A stretch of DNA of 64,000 nt, taken from contig CBDBCZ010000013.1 in assembly GCA_965203295.1 (NCBI GenBank), forward strand, positions 864,001 through 928,000, written 5' to 3'. The DNA is from Nitrospirales bacterium (GTDB taxonomy: Bacteria > Nitrospirota > Nitrospiria > Nitrospirales > UBA8639). The translations under genes were made by a program, and so were the position numbers. Shown here in pieces: positions 24,049-38,380 of this stretch. The notes under the pieces were generated by a model that did not search any database, was not told the origin of the DNA, and saw only the letters and a list, made by a program, of their open reading frames with translations. Position 1 is the first letter of the stretch, and each line of letters opens with the position of its first letter.

Positions 24049-24404
24049 ACGAATCTCTATGCCGCTGCTCTACTAACGTTTCTATGCCCATAGGCCCAGG
24101 TTGCATAAATTTCTGGCCAATCAAATTGCTATTACAAATTTTGCACACTTATTGGCCAATAGTATCGCTATTTCAGTTTTGCACACTTTTGCGTACAAGA
24201 AAACATGATTTGAATACAAGAAAACACAAATACAAGATATATTGCACACTTGTCTATGTAGTTTTAGTACAGTACAATAACAAGTATATGATTAGAAAGG
24301 TTTACACATGCATGGACTCACAGTGTAGAATGAACGACTAGTGTAGCTGTATATAGGTCTAGCTGTGATCCCAATAGAGAAACCACGTGAGCTGTCATGC
24401 AGGG

Positions 24405-24600
24405 CACAGGAAAAAAAAGTGGAATTTCCTGAAATGCGTTACAAAGAAATTTGACAGAAAATGTGGCATTTCAGGTACAGGGTAGTATAGGATAGGGCAG
24501 AATTTCCTTTAAAATTATGAAATTCTGCCCTATCCTATATGACCCTGTACCTAAAATTTTCTTGTAACGCATTTCAGGAAAATCCACTTTTTTTCCTGTG
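24405..24600. mobile_element. Foldback/MITE with CACAG...CTGTG termini
   Basis: cacaggaaaaaaaagtggaatttcctgaaatgcgttacaa mirrored at the right end; internal hairpin taggatagggcagaatttc/gaaattctgccctatccta. No clear TSD. Confidence 0.75.
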
Positions 24601-25805
24601 TGAATGTCATGTACTGTGAACCACAGCAATTGAGTAAATTTGAGCTGTGCTTTATAATTTCTGTTTGATGTCAATGTTGTTTTGGTCATAGCATGTGACT
24701 GTGTTGTGAGATAGATAATAGAGCTCTAATTTATGGTTGATGAACATCAATAGTGCGCGGCAGATAATGAGACCATTTTTTGCAGGTAGGGCTGAAACGC
24801 ATGCAGGGCCTAGATACGCCCCTTTTCTTCCCGCCAGTTACGCAGCAAGTACAGTAATAGTCATGATAGAACGAACAAGGCCCAAAAGACTCTATGCTAG
24901 CTACCAGAGGAAGCCCGGGCCCATGAGCTCCTGTGCTAACTATGGGCAGGGTAGGCCTGTTGAGCAGCTCAAGCTGGTCACAAGCGTCAAGAGTTGAAGG
25001 CCAGCTAGAACGGGAGTGAGGAGCCAAAGAACGACGTCGGAGAAGGCGTTTGTCAATTAGCAGCTGTGAAAAGAGTTGCCTCTGATCCTGGTGAACAGCC
25101 TGTGCACGAGCACACATTTCAGCTCAGTAAAGCAAGAAACTTCTACAAGAGTCCTGTCTGGAGAATGAGGAACGGCTGTAGAGTGGTTCATACAGTAACT
25201 ATAGGGCAGGAGTGGGTATCACGTAGTCTGCAATGCATCTCTGGTAAATGCACAAATGCCAAACTCCTCTTCACTGTCGTTGATAAATATATATGGGGTT
25301 GATCACCACAGTGTAATTCGCTGTTTCAACAAGGACATCATTGTCGTACCTGAGTCTAACAAGTACGTGTGTAGCAGGGAGCTACAGGGTGATATGTACA
25401 GGAGGAATAAAGACATGCACTACTTTCGAGTGAAGGAATTAAGCTGACAGAGGCGAATAAAGATGGAAGACAGAGAGATTCATATCTGATTGGATGGCTA
25501 TACACCACTATTCTAGAAAATTTAAAGGGAAGCCCAGACTGCACTCCAAAATTAAGACAGCCTCAATAAAGCATGCATTGGAAGATGAAAAATAAATGAC
25601 CACTCACTGGTATACAGCTGTATACATTGCATATTACATTCTTTCTCAAATTTGACATCTTTGAACCGTACAACATAGGCCACACCACAGAGAGAAGGGT
25701 ACGTGGTAACAAACTAAGATGTTAAAGGTGTGTAACATCAAATGACCTCCCTCAATCAACAGTGCATGAAATGAGCATTTCAATCATTGCTGCAAAATAC
25801 ATTAA

Positions 25806-26128
25806 CTCATTGCACGTGGACATTACGTCATCTTGGGCATCACCGTATACGAATTAATTTACCCATAGATAATATAGCCTAATATCTATGGTACCGTGTA
25901 TTGACGATCTGGCTGGTACTCGTGCGTTAGTTTCTCGAAATGACTTCCGGCATTTAGGCTATGAATGTCTACTTGTAATTACAACCTGTTTCTGATAATA
26001 GAAGGGTTCTCCCCTAAGGGAAGCGCCGCTATGCACGTGCGCGAGCTACTTTAGTGGCCTTCCGCATGGGCTACACGCGAAAAATTATTGAATATGGGCC
26101 ACTTAAGTGGCCTCCCGTGTGCAATGAG
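25806..26128. mobile_element. TTAA-flanked piggyBac-like non-autonomous element
   Basis: ttaa|ctcattgcac ... gtgcaatgag|ttaa (perfect 10-bp TIR). Confidence 0.75.
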
Positions 26129-26251
26129 TTAAAGGGTATGTACTAGCAGTGTACAAAATATAGGCTAATAACTACTAGCTACATGCAAATTTAGGTTAAA
26201 GCACAGCACTCTTCTATAACAATATCTACAATTACAAACTATACAATATTC

Positions 26252-29200
26252 TCAGTGACTGATCTGTCCGTATGCCACATTTCCACTCATCTCAATCCTC
26301 TCTGGCTGATCTGGAACCTCCTCATAAACGGCAGCAGGCTGCTTGGGAGTGACTGGTCCATAGGCGATATTGTCTTTTAAGTCAATGTCTCTGGGGCTGT
26401 TATGAGGTGATATGTTCTCATACATTGGAACAGGCTGTTGTAAGTCACTAGCAAAATGCTTTCTCTTCTTCTTATAGATACAAACACCAACAAGGGTTCC
26501 TGTGGCAATTAGCAGTAAGACTCCCACCACAATGGGGGCAACTATCCAAATGGGAGTAGAGGAGCCTGGAGAGTAGAGAGAGACAGGTTCAATTAAATTT
26601 GTGCTGTAGCTGACTGTTTAAACATGGGTAATCAAAAATCTTACTTTTAAAATAACAGACAGATAGATTCAGTTTTCCATTGATAGGCCTGCCATGGTAA
26701 ATGAATGAAAATGTATGGGCCTACTAATCCATATAGGTGCTAACTAAGATGGTAGCATGATGATCGATAGAAGTCGATGTCCAAATAGCTTTAGTGTTTG
26801 TTGCTTTTCCCCCTTCCAATAAAATCCATGACATCAAAACTTTACCATATCACAGTTTGCCAATAATATCATTGACATTCTGGCAGATGCACTGTATAAA
26901 ATGTGTAGTCTATCTCTGTACATCGTAAAAAAATTACTAGTCAATTTTTAGTAGAGGGGGTCAAAATCATCAAAATGGGAAGGAAGTCCTGTATTGCTAG
27001 TCATATATACGAAATAACAGGCTGCATACTAAAACTCACCTGACACAGTTAGAGTTGTGAAGGTCCCACTGAAGCTGCCGATCATGATACCATCACTGGC
27101 CTGGCTAACAAGTTGTATTACAAAGTTGTAGCTGGTATTGGGTTCCAAAGTGCAAAACACAGCATCATCAGGGAAAGTTGTAGGGTCAGAAGTAACAGAA
27201 CTTCCGCCATTAACTGGGGTTGCAGTACCTATAACACTGAAGTTACCACCTTCAACACGAAGATCATCGTCATCGGATTCTAAGAAAGACACTGTGACAC
27301 TATCAGATTCAATTATAAAACGCAGTGGAAAATCTGGTTCAGAGATGAGGGGAACTGTAGATCAGATAATGGATTTAAAAAAAAAACTCACAAATACGCC
27401 AAAAAAGATAACTGTTTTATTATGAGGCCATCATCATGGCACCTACATGATTGTGGTGGCAGGCTGGAGCTGCTGCTTCTGCAATCAGGGTCATCCATAA
27501 GTACTGCTGTAAACTCGACATTAGTCTCCCCCAGGCAGCCGATGTCAACTTGTGCCACACCATTCATGACCCGAGAACTACCACCACAGCTGGAACCACT
27601 GTAGCTAACATTTATGAAGCCTTCAGGAAACAGTTGCAGTACTTCATTGCCCTGTCAAGAAAGAAGTATAATAATGTGCATGTATGAACACTCTCGCTCC
27701 AGCAAACAGCAAGATACCCAGGACACATAATCGGTATGTTCTACATGTCAGTATATTTTGCTTTGCAAATTAAGATTCCCGAAACAAAATATTGTGCAGC
27801 TTTGCAATTCTTTTACTATTACAGCTGCTAACTGGTAGTGCACTACAAAACTGCCAACTCAGTACTTATAGATATTTGCAAAGGTATTGCCAAGCAGAGC
27901 TGAACGTTTACATGAAAAGTGCCTGACGATTACAATAGCCAGGTTCATATGTATGTGATCGATAGAGGAGGATTCAGTGTAGTATTTGAGAGCTACAGAT
28001 TGAGGTGTCAAATATGTACCGAATTTTAGTGCTAGTCATGCAAGCTTGGTTATCAAGACAATTAGCTATACAAACACGAGTTCTATATAGCTAGAACACA
28101 TCATGTTATGCAAATACGAGCTAGCTCAAATATTGTTAAACCCTCCGGTATAAATGCTATCTCCTAAGGGTGTCCTCATTCTAATTCATACTTATTCTAA
28201 TTCATATTCCCTCCTGTATGTTTGTAAACACTAAAACGAGGGAGTGGGAATTGGATGTATATATTGAAAATTGAAATCATCTTGTTTACTTTTTGTGATA
28301 AAGGAGGTACATCAGTTTACTGGCCAATGAGATATGAAGTTATGAGTCACCGTCCACTGGAGACACGTAACTCACTGTATAGGCACTGCATGCGAACTTT
28401 AAAAATGAGTAACTAGCTGTGAAGGTTGCAACAGCTGAATAACTATTAATTAGCTAACTAGTTCAGCAGCCTACATTCCATATCAAGCCCAGGGTATATA
28501 CAGTATGGTAGCTGGGTGAAACTTCATAGAGATTTTCTTGAAGGACACTTCACTCTACTCCAGTGTTTCTACCTTATGAACCAGTCCCCCTGCCCTTGCT
28601 TATATTTCCCGCTTGCACCATGGCATCTCATAACAAATACATAGCAATTGATTAATGACATTGAGATGGTTCTGAGAGTGAGAGTGGGACAAACTAGGTA
28701 ATTATTACTCCCACCTTTCCAAACAAACTGTATAAAAGTAAACTCACAATAGTAGTCATTAGCTGTATTACAGTTGAGCTGTCTGTGATAGCATAAGTGG
28801 GAGGATCAACGATATCCACACCATTCGCATTAGGTGGAAAAGCTGTTGAAAACAAGAAGTCAACACACAGTAAACTGATTGCACAGAAATGTGGTTTGGG
28901 CCAGAAAAAAAACAATGGCCTTAAAATTATACTACTGTATACTTTACTCAATTATTAAACTATAGAGATCATGCAGAAATTCCATGCTATGAGTATGAGT
29001 TTCCAGGAAGATATAAATATATTGCCCCTAAATTGTCTCGTGCTAAGGTATGTGGGTGCATGGTCAATGGCGTAAGCGCTACTGATACAACTAACAAAGA
29101 GCAAAAAAAGTAGCTATTAGGATAGATCTGCAGGCGTGTTGAAAATCTGAATTCTGTGTACTGAGTATCAAAACATATAGCTAGTTTTTGGCTAGCTATA

Positions 29201-31048
29201 CTTACACGTACCACTTGTTGGGTCGAATGGATCACTAATGCTGCCTGCAACAGCACCAATACTTGGCACTTCAGCAATGACTGTAATGCGCAAATTACTA
29301 TCACATGTGTCCAGGTCTCCATTAATTGCAGACAAAGATATCATATTGGAAGTAGTTGAGCTGGTGTCGGGCCCACCAGGTCTACCAGTCACAGATACGG
29401 TGTACTCAATACTACAGTCACCAGGGTCTACAGGAGCACCATTAGGGCGATTCCACTCAATAGAGTCAGCACCACTTCTGCGAACACCACTAACACGACC
29501 CAGAGCTGCAGAAAGAACACAACACAGACTTTAACACTGCATGTTGCTAAGTATACCAATAGACTATCAGACATAATATTATTGTACACAACTGTTACTA
29601 CAGTCATGCTGCAACTCATATCATACACTCACCTGAGAGGGTTATAGTAGCAGACGTTAATTCACTGGGACAGATGTTACCTCCGTTTGCTTCAGCCCTG
29701 TACATGTAACTGTTATCACACAAATTGAGGCCACAAATTTCAGCTTCCAAGTCACTAGCATCATCACTCGTGCTCTCAGCGAAAACGTTGCCATCAAAAA
29801 TTGCCTCTACTTTGTAGTTGGTAATGCCAGTTGTGCCAGCTAGAGCCTGCAGAGTTGCTGTTACACACCCATATGTTGTGGGAGAGTCCTCAACAGTGGT
29901 GATTATAAGGTTGTCTGCAATCAAAGAGCAGCTATAATAACATGAGCTCATTATACATCCTCATGCTGCATACATCAGACAAATGATAGCACAAGAATGG
30001 TTGAATAGCTGTCCAATAAAACTGAATATTAGACAGTGCACGTAATAGTACATGTAAGTAAATCAGAAAAATGGTAGATGGATAGCTGTTCAATTACCAC
30101 TGGACAATAGACAGAGCACTTAATAGTAAATATACAACACAGTTATACTATGAGTGCACAATACAAGAACAATACTAGGCCTTAGCTAGCAGATTCAGTT
30201 TAGAGGCCTAATACAAGGTACTTTAAATTACAACTGAGGATGGAGAAGGGGTGAATAATATTGGATTACAGTTGCATAGCCAAATGAAAGAAACGACTGC
30301 AGCGGAGCACAGAATATTACACACATATTTATCTTCATAATTCCGTAGTTCTACTTTACATTCTAGTATTAATCAAGTTGTAGTCACACACCATGACCAT
30401 ACTGATCATGTGGTTGCTGTTTGAAGGCCTATAGCTTTAGTTTGGTGTTTTGCAGGAGGGATGAAGTCCAGGTCAAGTGTCCACTGGATGCTGTCATACA
30501 TGAATATATTTTACATAACACACAAGCTTGGAAATGAGTGCCACTACTACATCTTGGTTGCTACAAAATATGTGCCTTCTCTGCACGCTTGTGAATTAAT
30601 GCTAAATCTCAAATTGAGTATGTGCATGTAACCAAGGTCCCCCAGCAGCTGGTCTCCATGCGATACATAGACAATTACGTTAGCCTCACTACACTCACAA
30701 ATATGTGAAACTAACCAGAAATCTCAATGGTAAAATTTGAGTCTGGGACGACATCGCCTAAACCATCATGACATTGAATTCCAAGCCCATCAATGTCTTG
30801 TGTAGGTGTAAAACTTAGGCTACTAGTCACATCATTTCCAGAGACAGAGGTGACTGCTCCTGAGAATACTCCACAAGTACCAGTTGAAAGAGCATTAGCG
30901 TTCAATACAATTACATCTGGTGTGAACATTGCACTTGGACACTGATCAGTGAACGCTGAACCACTCCATGTTTGAGCAATAAGAGTGGTACAAGTAAAGG
31001 GCGAGGGATCATCAAGTTCTGATAGTGGAATGTCACGGCAGAGTGGTA
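26252..31048 (-). CDS. Single-pass type I receptor: Ig-like + FN3-like ectodomains, TM, Tyr-motif cytoplasmic tail (first exon not resolved)
   Basis: Phase-consistent GT-AG exons 30716-31048, 29633-29914, 29212(or 29206)-29505, 28748-28842, 27447-27651, 27040-27354, 26252-26565. FN3 hallmarks (IEWNRP..YTV; LEPNTSY); TM IWIVAPIVVGVLLLIATGTLVGVCIY then KKKRK; tail YENI, IAYGPV, YEEV, VAYGQI. Confidence 0.85.
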
Positions 31049-34000
31049 CTGTAGTGTGTGTGTGTGTGTTGGGGGAAAAGAAGGAGCATAGGGGAAAGGT
31101 ATTGACTGGGTACTTCATTTATATCATGGGTCAGGTTTCAACTAGCTATATGCATACATTTGGCAGTGTAGTTATAATTACCAGCAAGCATTGTCCAAAT
31201 GTCTAAGGGCAAGGCAAGCTAGTGAACCATACAGCTACACATGTAGGTGTTTATGAAATGATTACCTGAATTGTTGGAATGATGGCAAATAATACCAGCA
31301 AAATTTATTTGATGAGCTATAGACACTCCACATACTGAATACACTCCCAAGTGTAAAGATATTTGGGGAAATAAATAAATAAATAAATAATTCACAGCGA
31401 CACTCGTGGCCTCTACAGATGAACCAACCTTCTTTTAGTGATATATGAATCATTTCTAGGAAAAATAACAATGGAAAAGTTCCGCACTCTCTTCGTTGCG
31501 GAGATATCGGTGAGAATTCTTCTATCGCCTTTCGAGTGGCAGCCATTTTGACGTTAACTCTCGCAATGAAAATTATGCGAGTAAGACTACGCGTATAATT
31601 ATAGCGCCTGCGCGTGGTATTTGGCGAGTGAATGGAACTCATGGAACTAGTTGCGCGGCTACTACTGCTTAGCTCTTGGCCAATGAATAGTCCCAAGCGT
31701 GAATTCAATGGTATGCAGTCCTGTAAGTGTAATTACATGTATAAACTAACTACAAGACAAGCCTAGCCCTGACCGGATGTGCTTTAAAAAGGGTCAGGAC
31801 TCTCGGTACCGTTGAACGGTGCCCCTTGTGGCTAGCTTGGGTGTTGCTGTGCAATAGCTATAGCCTACAGTAATAGTGTCATAGTATTGCTCACCACTAC
31901 AGAGTAATACATGTTAGTCTACCAGCTATAGATAAAAGCTTTGCATACTTTTTCCGGCACAAGTCATGCTATCTCTTGCTTGTGGTTTGTGGGGAGATGG
32001 CTCCTGCTTTGCAAAGCAGATATTTGTTTTCTCAGCTGCTGTTGGTCTAGCTTTAGTGCAACTACGCTGTTTCCATGAGAGGCATGGTATGCAATAGAAT
32101 ACTAAGGTCATAGTCTATCACCCCGTCCTGTTGTTGCACTGGCATCCGTCTCACGAGAAGGCCACCATCATTTTTGGTCCCATGATGCAATGTGAAATAT
32201 AAAAAGATAGCAGTGAATATCACTCCTCTTTATATCCAGTGTATTCCTTCTGTTTAAGAGTTTGCCACCACCAATGTACTGCCCCCTACACTTAAAAAGA
32301 ATCTCACTCTCGCTGCATACAGCATACTTCTCTGTCTTAGTGTACCCATCGAAATATAGGTGCCTTCAAATTGCTGAGATGGCTGCGATGTATACGGATG
32401 GTAGAGCAAGAGAATCGGCCTTCCTGCATCCATAGCAGCTATGTCTCATGCACTAGAGAATATACATCCTCAGGCTCAGGCCTTCCCCTTGCATGCACAA
32501 GAACTGTACAGGGAAACTTGGGAACATGGCTAACATAAAATATGGTATAATGGCTATACATACGTAGTACGTAGTACGTAGTTGCAGTTACATAGCCATG
32601 CAGAACCTAGAGAAAAGATTTGGGTAGCACAAGTGAAAGATGTACATGGTTTGCATTCCCCTAAGAATGTAGTAATATACACGTGTTTCTCCGCTCACCC
32701 GTATCAATGCTCACTCGCATCACTGTTCACCCGAAGTCTTTACACTTGGGAGTGCGGTTAATTCTCGAAAATAAGTATAATTAAATTTCCTTCCATGCAT
32801 GACAAGTATGTTGAATTAATCACATAGTGCATTCATGCGAGTTGAAAAGGGAACAAGGGTATTCATATCTAAAAATTATCTAAAAATTATCCAGCTGCTA
32901 CCACATGATTACACAAACACATGCCAGGCACAAGCTGTATATACTAGTAGCTACTAATTGTAGCATCACCCATACATGCTACCAGGTTTAAATTTAGTTG
33001 TTATTCTCGAGATCGTGACTGGCTAACGAGCTTCCAGTTCAACCCTGTATACCACCAGCACACAGAAATAAGAACAGTATAAGTTTCCTTCTTTGCACAT
33101 TGTATATGGCTTCCATCTTAAATCCCTGGCCATACAGGGGCTGCAGGCCCGGAGCCCAATAATTGCCAAGTACAGCGAGACCAATAATCTTATAAATACA
33201 TTTTCTTCGATGGCTTCCTTCTGTAAGGTAAGGGACAAAGCTCAGCATTCCTTTAATTTTGTTTGCACACACTATGTGTGTACAGTTTTGAAGATATACA
33301 CTACAAAAATAAAAGGGTTGCAATTGCTTCAAAATCAGCTAGGAGTTGCAGCTACACTACCAAACTATGCAGTGTTTAGTGCAGGAAGCCAGTAATATCA
33401 ATGTGAATTTTATGTAAATGTACTTACTAATTGTTTATGTTATTTGGTAGCAAGCAGGATCCAGGAAGCCATTGGCACTTGCCGCAACTGAAACTGGTTT
33501 GGAACCCTTTTAATTTTGTAATGTGTGACCAATGTATCTTCAAAACAGTACACACATACTGTGTTGTTTTCATCATTAATAGTATAGTATTAATAGGTAC
33601 TCTTTTTCTCTCTTTTTTGGCTTGATATCGGTCTTCTGTGTTTAGGACTCTATAAATTTTAATCGCTGACTGTGATTCTCATAATGTTATTTTAATGAAA
33701 AAAATACAGTTTTGACCACTTAAAGGTTACCTGAATTGCAGGTATCTGAGTAGGTGTTGTTAGGCCTTAGTTGCTGTAGTCACACATTGAAGTATTTGTA
33801 CAAAAGTATGCTCATAAACCAACACACACACCCAAAAATTACCAACACTATAAATGAAAGCATCAAAAGTCTCACCGGTTTGTTGAGGCCAGACATGTAG
33901 TACAAACGTTGACAGCACAACCAGCGTATGATACTGCAAGATCTGAGGTTAATAAAATTAATAGCATCTATATTGCATACTGAGAGCAACTAGAATGCTG

Positions 34001-34958
34001 CTGATGTTAATTTGAATCAGTACATCAATACAAATGGTAAGTATCAGCTTTAGGTCAGAGGACATTTTTGGGAATAATATAATATTGGTCATAATTATGT
34101 GCATGCAACCCACTACTGACACAGGTGTCAAACTGCTAGTACATAATAAAGCCTCTATAATAGTGACCTAGCTGTTGTACCACAGTTTGTCATGGTGCTG
34201 AGTACTTCAGGAATGATAGGTACAGGAATGAATACTATGGGCTGTGATTATAATGAGTATACAGAATTCTTATGAATAAATTTAGCCAACTGGTATGATA
34301 GCCCACACATAAAAATGAGATACTAGATCTGCTTTGCCTCTTTTTCATTCTGATATTGGAATTACTCGGTATGTCAATGAGTGCTTGTATAGTGTGTGCA
34401 TGCAGAGTGTACACTAACTTTTAGTATTCTATCTGAGGAGCTTAGCCAGCTATTGATTTAGCTACCAGTGGCCTATATATATGACTCAACCAGCTAGTGA
34501 AAGGATCTAGTTAATACTTCACTGTGGACACCTACAATTAATATCGACATTGTATCAGTAAGTCATGTTAAGTATGTATGATGACGAGAGGTCTACCATC
34601 TCTGAGCTCTACATTTGGCATGGCTGTATAATTCTGTGCTCAGCTCATGCGGTGTCCAAGGAATCAGCCCATCATGGCAACACCCAAATAAATTTTCTGT
34701 TTCCCATCCTGACGTACCACAGCTTTCTATGTGTGGGCCATTGCCATTCACTACATGGTACGACCATAGACATACGCATGATACAATGGCAGACGCAGAT
34801 ATAATTAATGTTCAGATGTACTTTCATACTCACCGGTAATCATTCTGTTAGTTGGAAAATTTATGTACCAACACCCCTATACCACAACTAAAGTACCAAC
34901 ACGCAACTGATCACTGCTGCAAACGGACAGAAGTGTAACTTCGTTCTGCTACATGGCC

Positions 34959-35706
34959 TGTCACGCTGTGGACGGTCCCCCTGCAGAAGCGGTCCACCCG
35001 GACCGATTATCGCAGCCATACACGGTCCCCCCTTGCTGCATGCGGACGGTCCCCCAGGCTCGGTTTTTATAAATAGAAGACTGTCACGCAGCCGGCTGTA
35101 GTAGTCTATATCTTGTTTATTTGCTCAATTGTGATGAACTATAGAGCAGCGAAGAACAGTCACTAGACCTACCTACAGAGGACAAGATGGGCGATAAAGA
35201 GGATCAGGAGGAGCTGCACTGCCTATCTTTGACTCACGCAGAAGAGATATCCTGTATGCAGAACAAGATTTAAGCTTATAGCTATCTGTTGTTATTGTTA
35301 CTCTAATAACTTTTACTTTAGCCATTGCAACTGTTGTTGTTATTCTTTATCCAGAGCATAAGGTAATCAACAGCCCGGGAGCTAGCTATGGCGAATAATG
35401 GTGGGGTTGTGTAGCGTACATGGCTTGAGGTCAAAAAGGTGGGAGGGTTTCCTAAAGTCTGCAGCTGCTGATTACCGTACAACTAGAGTTTACTACTGTC
35501 CTCCATCATGCAGAGTATCAGAATTGTTGCAGAGGAGATGGCATTAGCTAGATAAATGGGGGGACCATTTACGGTAAGGGGGGACTACTTATAGTGCCCC
35601 GGGGGACCACATACGGCGCCACCAATGGTCCGGGAAGGCCAATTATTTTGCCACAGACGGCCCAGGGGAACCGCTTGTGGGGGGGGACCACTTATGGTGT
35701 GTGACA
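34959..35706. mobile_element. Ginger-like non-autonomous DNA transposon (TGT...ACA, 4-bp TSD)
   Basis: ggcc|tgtcacgc...gtgaca|ggcc; subterminal ggtcccc/ggggacc repeats. Confidence 0.75.
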
Positions 35707-35759
35707 GGCCCACACTATCTTGACAGTTAGGGTCGGGGAAACAGGACCTTTAGTCTACA

Positions 35760-35885
35760 GGTCATGTAGGATAACCGACTCCCGGAAGTAGGTGTGATCT
35801 TAGGGTAGGGTTAGGGCTAGGGTAAGGGTTAGGGAATGTAGACCACGCCCACTTTCGGGAGTAGCTAGGTTATCCTACATGATCC
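35760..35885. mobile_element. MULE-like MITE with 9-bp TSD and internal telomere-like repeats
   Basis: TSD tagtctaca 35751-35759 and 35886-35894; TIR ggtcatgtaggataacc/ggttatcctacatgatcc; internal ttagggtagggttagggctagggtaagggttaggg. Confidence 0.8.
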
Positions 35886-36408
35886 TAGTCTACATGGAAT
35901 GGCCTTGATATAGCTAGCCAAGAAAAGCTAAGCTTGAACTATAAATACGATCAGTATTTGCATACGTCTGTAAATCAGAGTGTCCCCTTGTACTAGCCCA
36001 CATGCATGGACCAGTGCAAGCCCCAACAAAATCAAAGGGTGGCCTACAAATTAACCGCAGGCTCACGGTGCGTCCGTAGTAGCCTAGCTATCTCTCACAA
36101 GTGTTAGGCAACCCAGCTCCATGTATATAACTAGTGGGCCTACCCAATTACGATACATTCTGCAGCTGCGGCGCTTGTTACTGTAGAGCCAAATCGCAAT
36201 GAGTCGACCACTCGGAATTCCGACAGGAAATGGGCTGACGTCCGTATAGCACTGGACCCTATCTCAAATACTAGTGCGTGGGCGGAGCAGTCATCACGTG
36301 ACTGTAGGACATCGTTGAAATAGGCCTGGCAATAGGCCTGAGCTAATTGTTCATTCAAACTTGCCTATTCTTTATTTCTGATTTTCTTCCCTATTATTCA
36401 AGTGATGG

Positions 36409-37609
36409 TGTCACGCCGTGGACGGTCCCCCCGCAGAAGCGGTCCCCCCGGACCGAATATCGCAGCCTTACACGGTCCCCCCTGCTGCGGACGGTCCCCC
36501 AGGCTCGATGTTCATTTTGACTGACAAGTCGCCGGCCGTACCCAGTATATCTTGTTTATTTGCTGAAGATGATACTGTCTAACAATTGTGATGAACTTGA
36601 GTAGCGAAAAACAACCATTAGACCTACCAGCAGTGGACAAGATGGACGACAAAGAGGATCAGGAAGAGCTGCGAATGTTCACAGAATGAGAATTATATCA
36701 GATTCTGTGGTTTAATATTGTTGCTATTATTTATTCTAATATTTTCCTTTAGCCTTTACAACTGTTGTTGTTATTATTAATTTTATCCAGAGCGTAAAGT
36801 AATCAACAGCCCGAGAGCTATGGCGAACAACTGTGGGGTTGCGTATATTAGCGTACATGGCTGGCTAGGCTCGAGGTCAAAAAGGTGGGAGGGGTTCTGT
36901 ACAGTTTTAAGTCTGCAGCCGCTGATAATTACCGTAAACTACGTATTATCCGCCATGATGTATTATCCGCCCATCCCCCTTTTTGAGTCAAAGTTACGTC
37001 GGAGGGTATTTATGTACTTAGTATCCGCCCACCCTTAAATACCATCCATGCGAGCTAAACATGCAACTAACAACTGAAAATTCCAAGACAACGAGCAGAA
37101 TCAAACGACAAAAGTCTTCAGTGCGCTTTAGTTGGAATACCGACGGTAAGTCCGTCAGCCACTTCGCTTTTTAGCAGATAATAGTAGTCTGCATGCTTCT
37201 ATAATAGGTATTCAATACAATTTGCATTCACTGTGGTGCGGTACTTGCCTAGAAAAGCTATACTTACCTTGTATACTCGCTTCGCATACATGGCTTGAGG
37301 TCAAAAAGGTGGGAGGGTTTCCTAAAGTCTGCAGCTGCTGATTACCGTACAGCTAGAGTTTACTACTGTCTTCCATCATGCAAAGTATCAGTATATTGTT
37401 GCAGAGGAGATGGCATTTGTAGCTAGATATTAAAATGGGGGGACAATTTACGGTAAGGGGGGACTACTTATAGTGCCGCGGATGGTCCCCGGGGCCCGGG
37501 GGACCACATGCGGCGCCACGGACGGACCGGGGAGACCAATTATTCTGCCACAGACGGTCCGGGGGGACCGCTTTTGGGGGGGGGGGGGGGGACCACTTAT
37601 GGTGTGACA
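36409..37609. mobile_element. Second, longer copy of the Ginger-like element with internal insertion/duplication
   Basis: Same termini and internal blocks as 34959-35706; extra ~36930-37285 segment and repeated tacatggc...gaggtcaaaaaggtggga block; TSD not preserved. Confidence 0.72.
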
Positions 37610-38380
37610 ATCCTACCCGATTATTCAAATGATTAATGACCTGTTATTTAACTTGAAGGAAGTTTTTGTTGGTGTTGTTCTCATCGGATGCAAAACCTTA
37701 CACACACACATCTGCTTTACGCAAGACAGGGAACCGAGGGAATAGGCTGTCGGACTGTATGCTGCACACGTTGTAGTAGTGATATCAGGATCTTTGGATT
37801 CAGTCTCTGATCTGTTTGGTCATTCGAAATTCCTATGATAATTATAAGCAATGGTTACTACTTAATGTTATACTCTAGTCTTACCCTGTGTGGTATTTCT
37901 TAAATCTTAAAAACTGGTACCGCAATGCGGCAATATTTAATGCTATTAATAAACATGATGCCAGCCTCAACACCAGCCTATGAATGATTCATAGGATGAG
38001 GTGCCTGTTGATTGAAGACATGATGATAATAATAATTATTGTGGAAGGCAGTTTTTATCAATCAGAAGTAGAAATGTAGCAGCTATGAATGGCTTTAGGA
38101 ATTCTGCCCAGTTTCGAAATACCGGTAATTGATATAATATAGCTCAGTGAGTTCGAGAGTTCAAAGCCTGCTATACACTTGGCAGTTGTGCAGATGTGAG
38201 AGAGATTAATACTTGCAAATTGTAGAGAAATTAATGTGCAAAACTGAACTTAATTGTGTGTATCATGCCAAATTTGGAAGTAATGCTAAAAGCAATCGAT
38301 ATAAAGATAATGCGTTCTGTACTTGTGCATGGAGTATTTTCACTTAATCAAGCCATAATTATGTTCTACAACCTTGATGC

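Noticed and set aside
24720..25560. Fragmented Cys/His-containing + strand ORFs, possibly a decayed transposase-associated gene
   Set aside because: Multiple stops and frameshifts, and no motif I can assign with confidence.
33876..33942. Candidate signal-peptide exon (ILQYHTLVVLSTFVLHVWPQQT, phase 1) for the Ig/FN3 receptor; alternative candidate ending at 31266
   Set aside because: No phase-compatible start exon found, so it is not included in the gene model.
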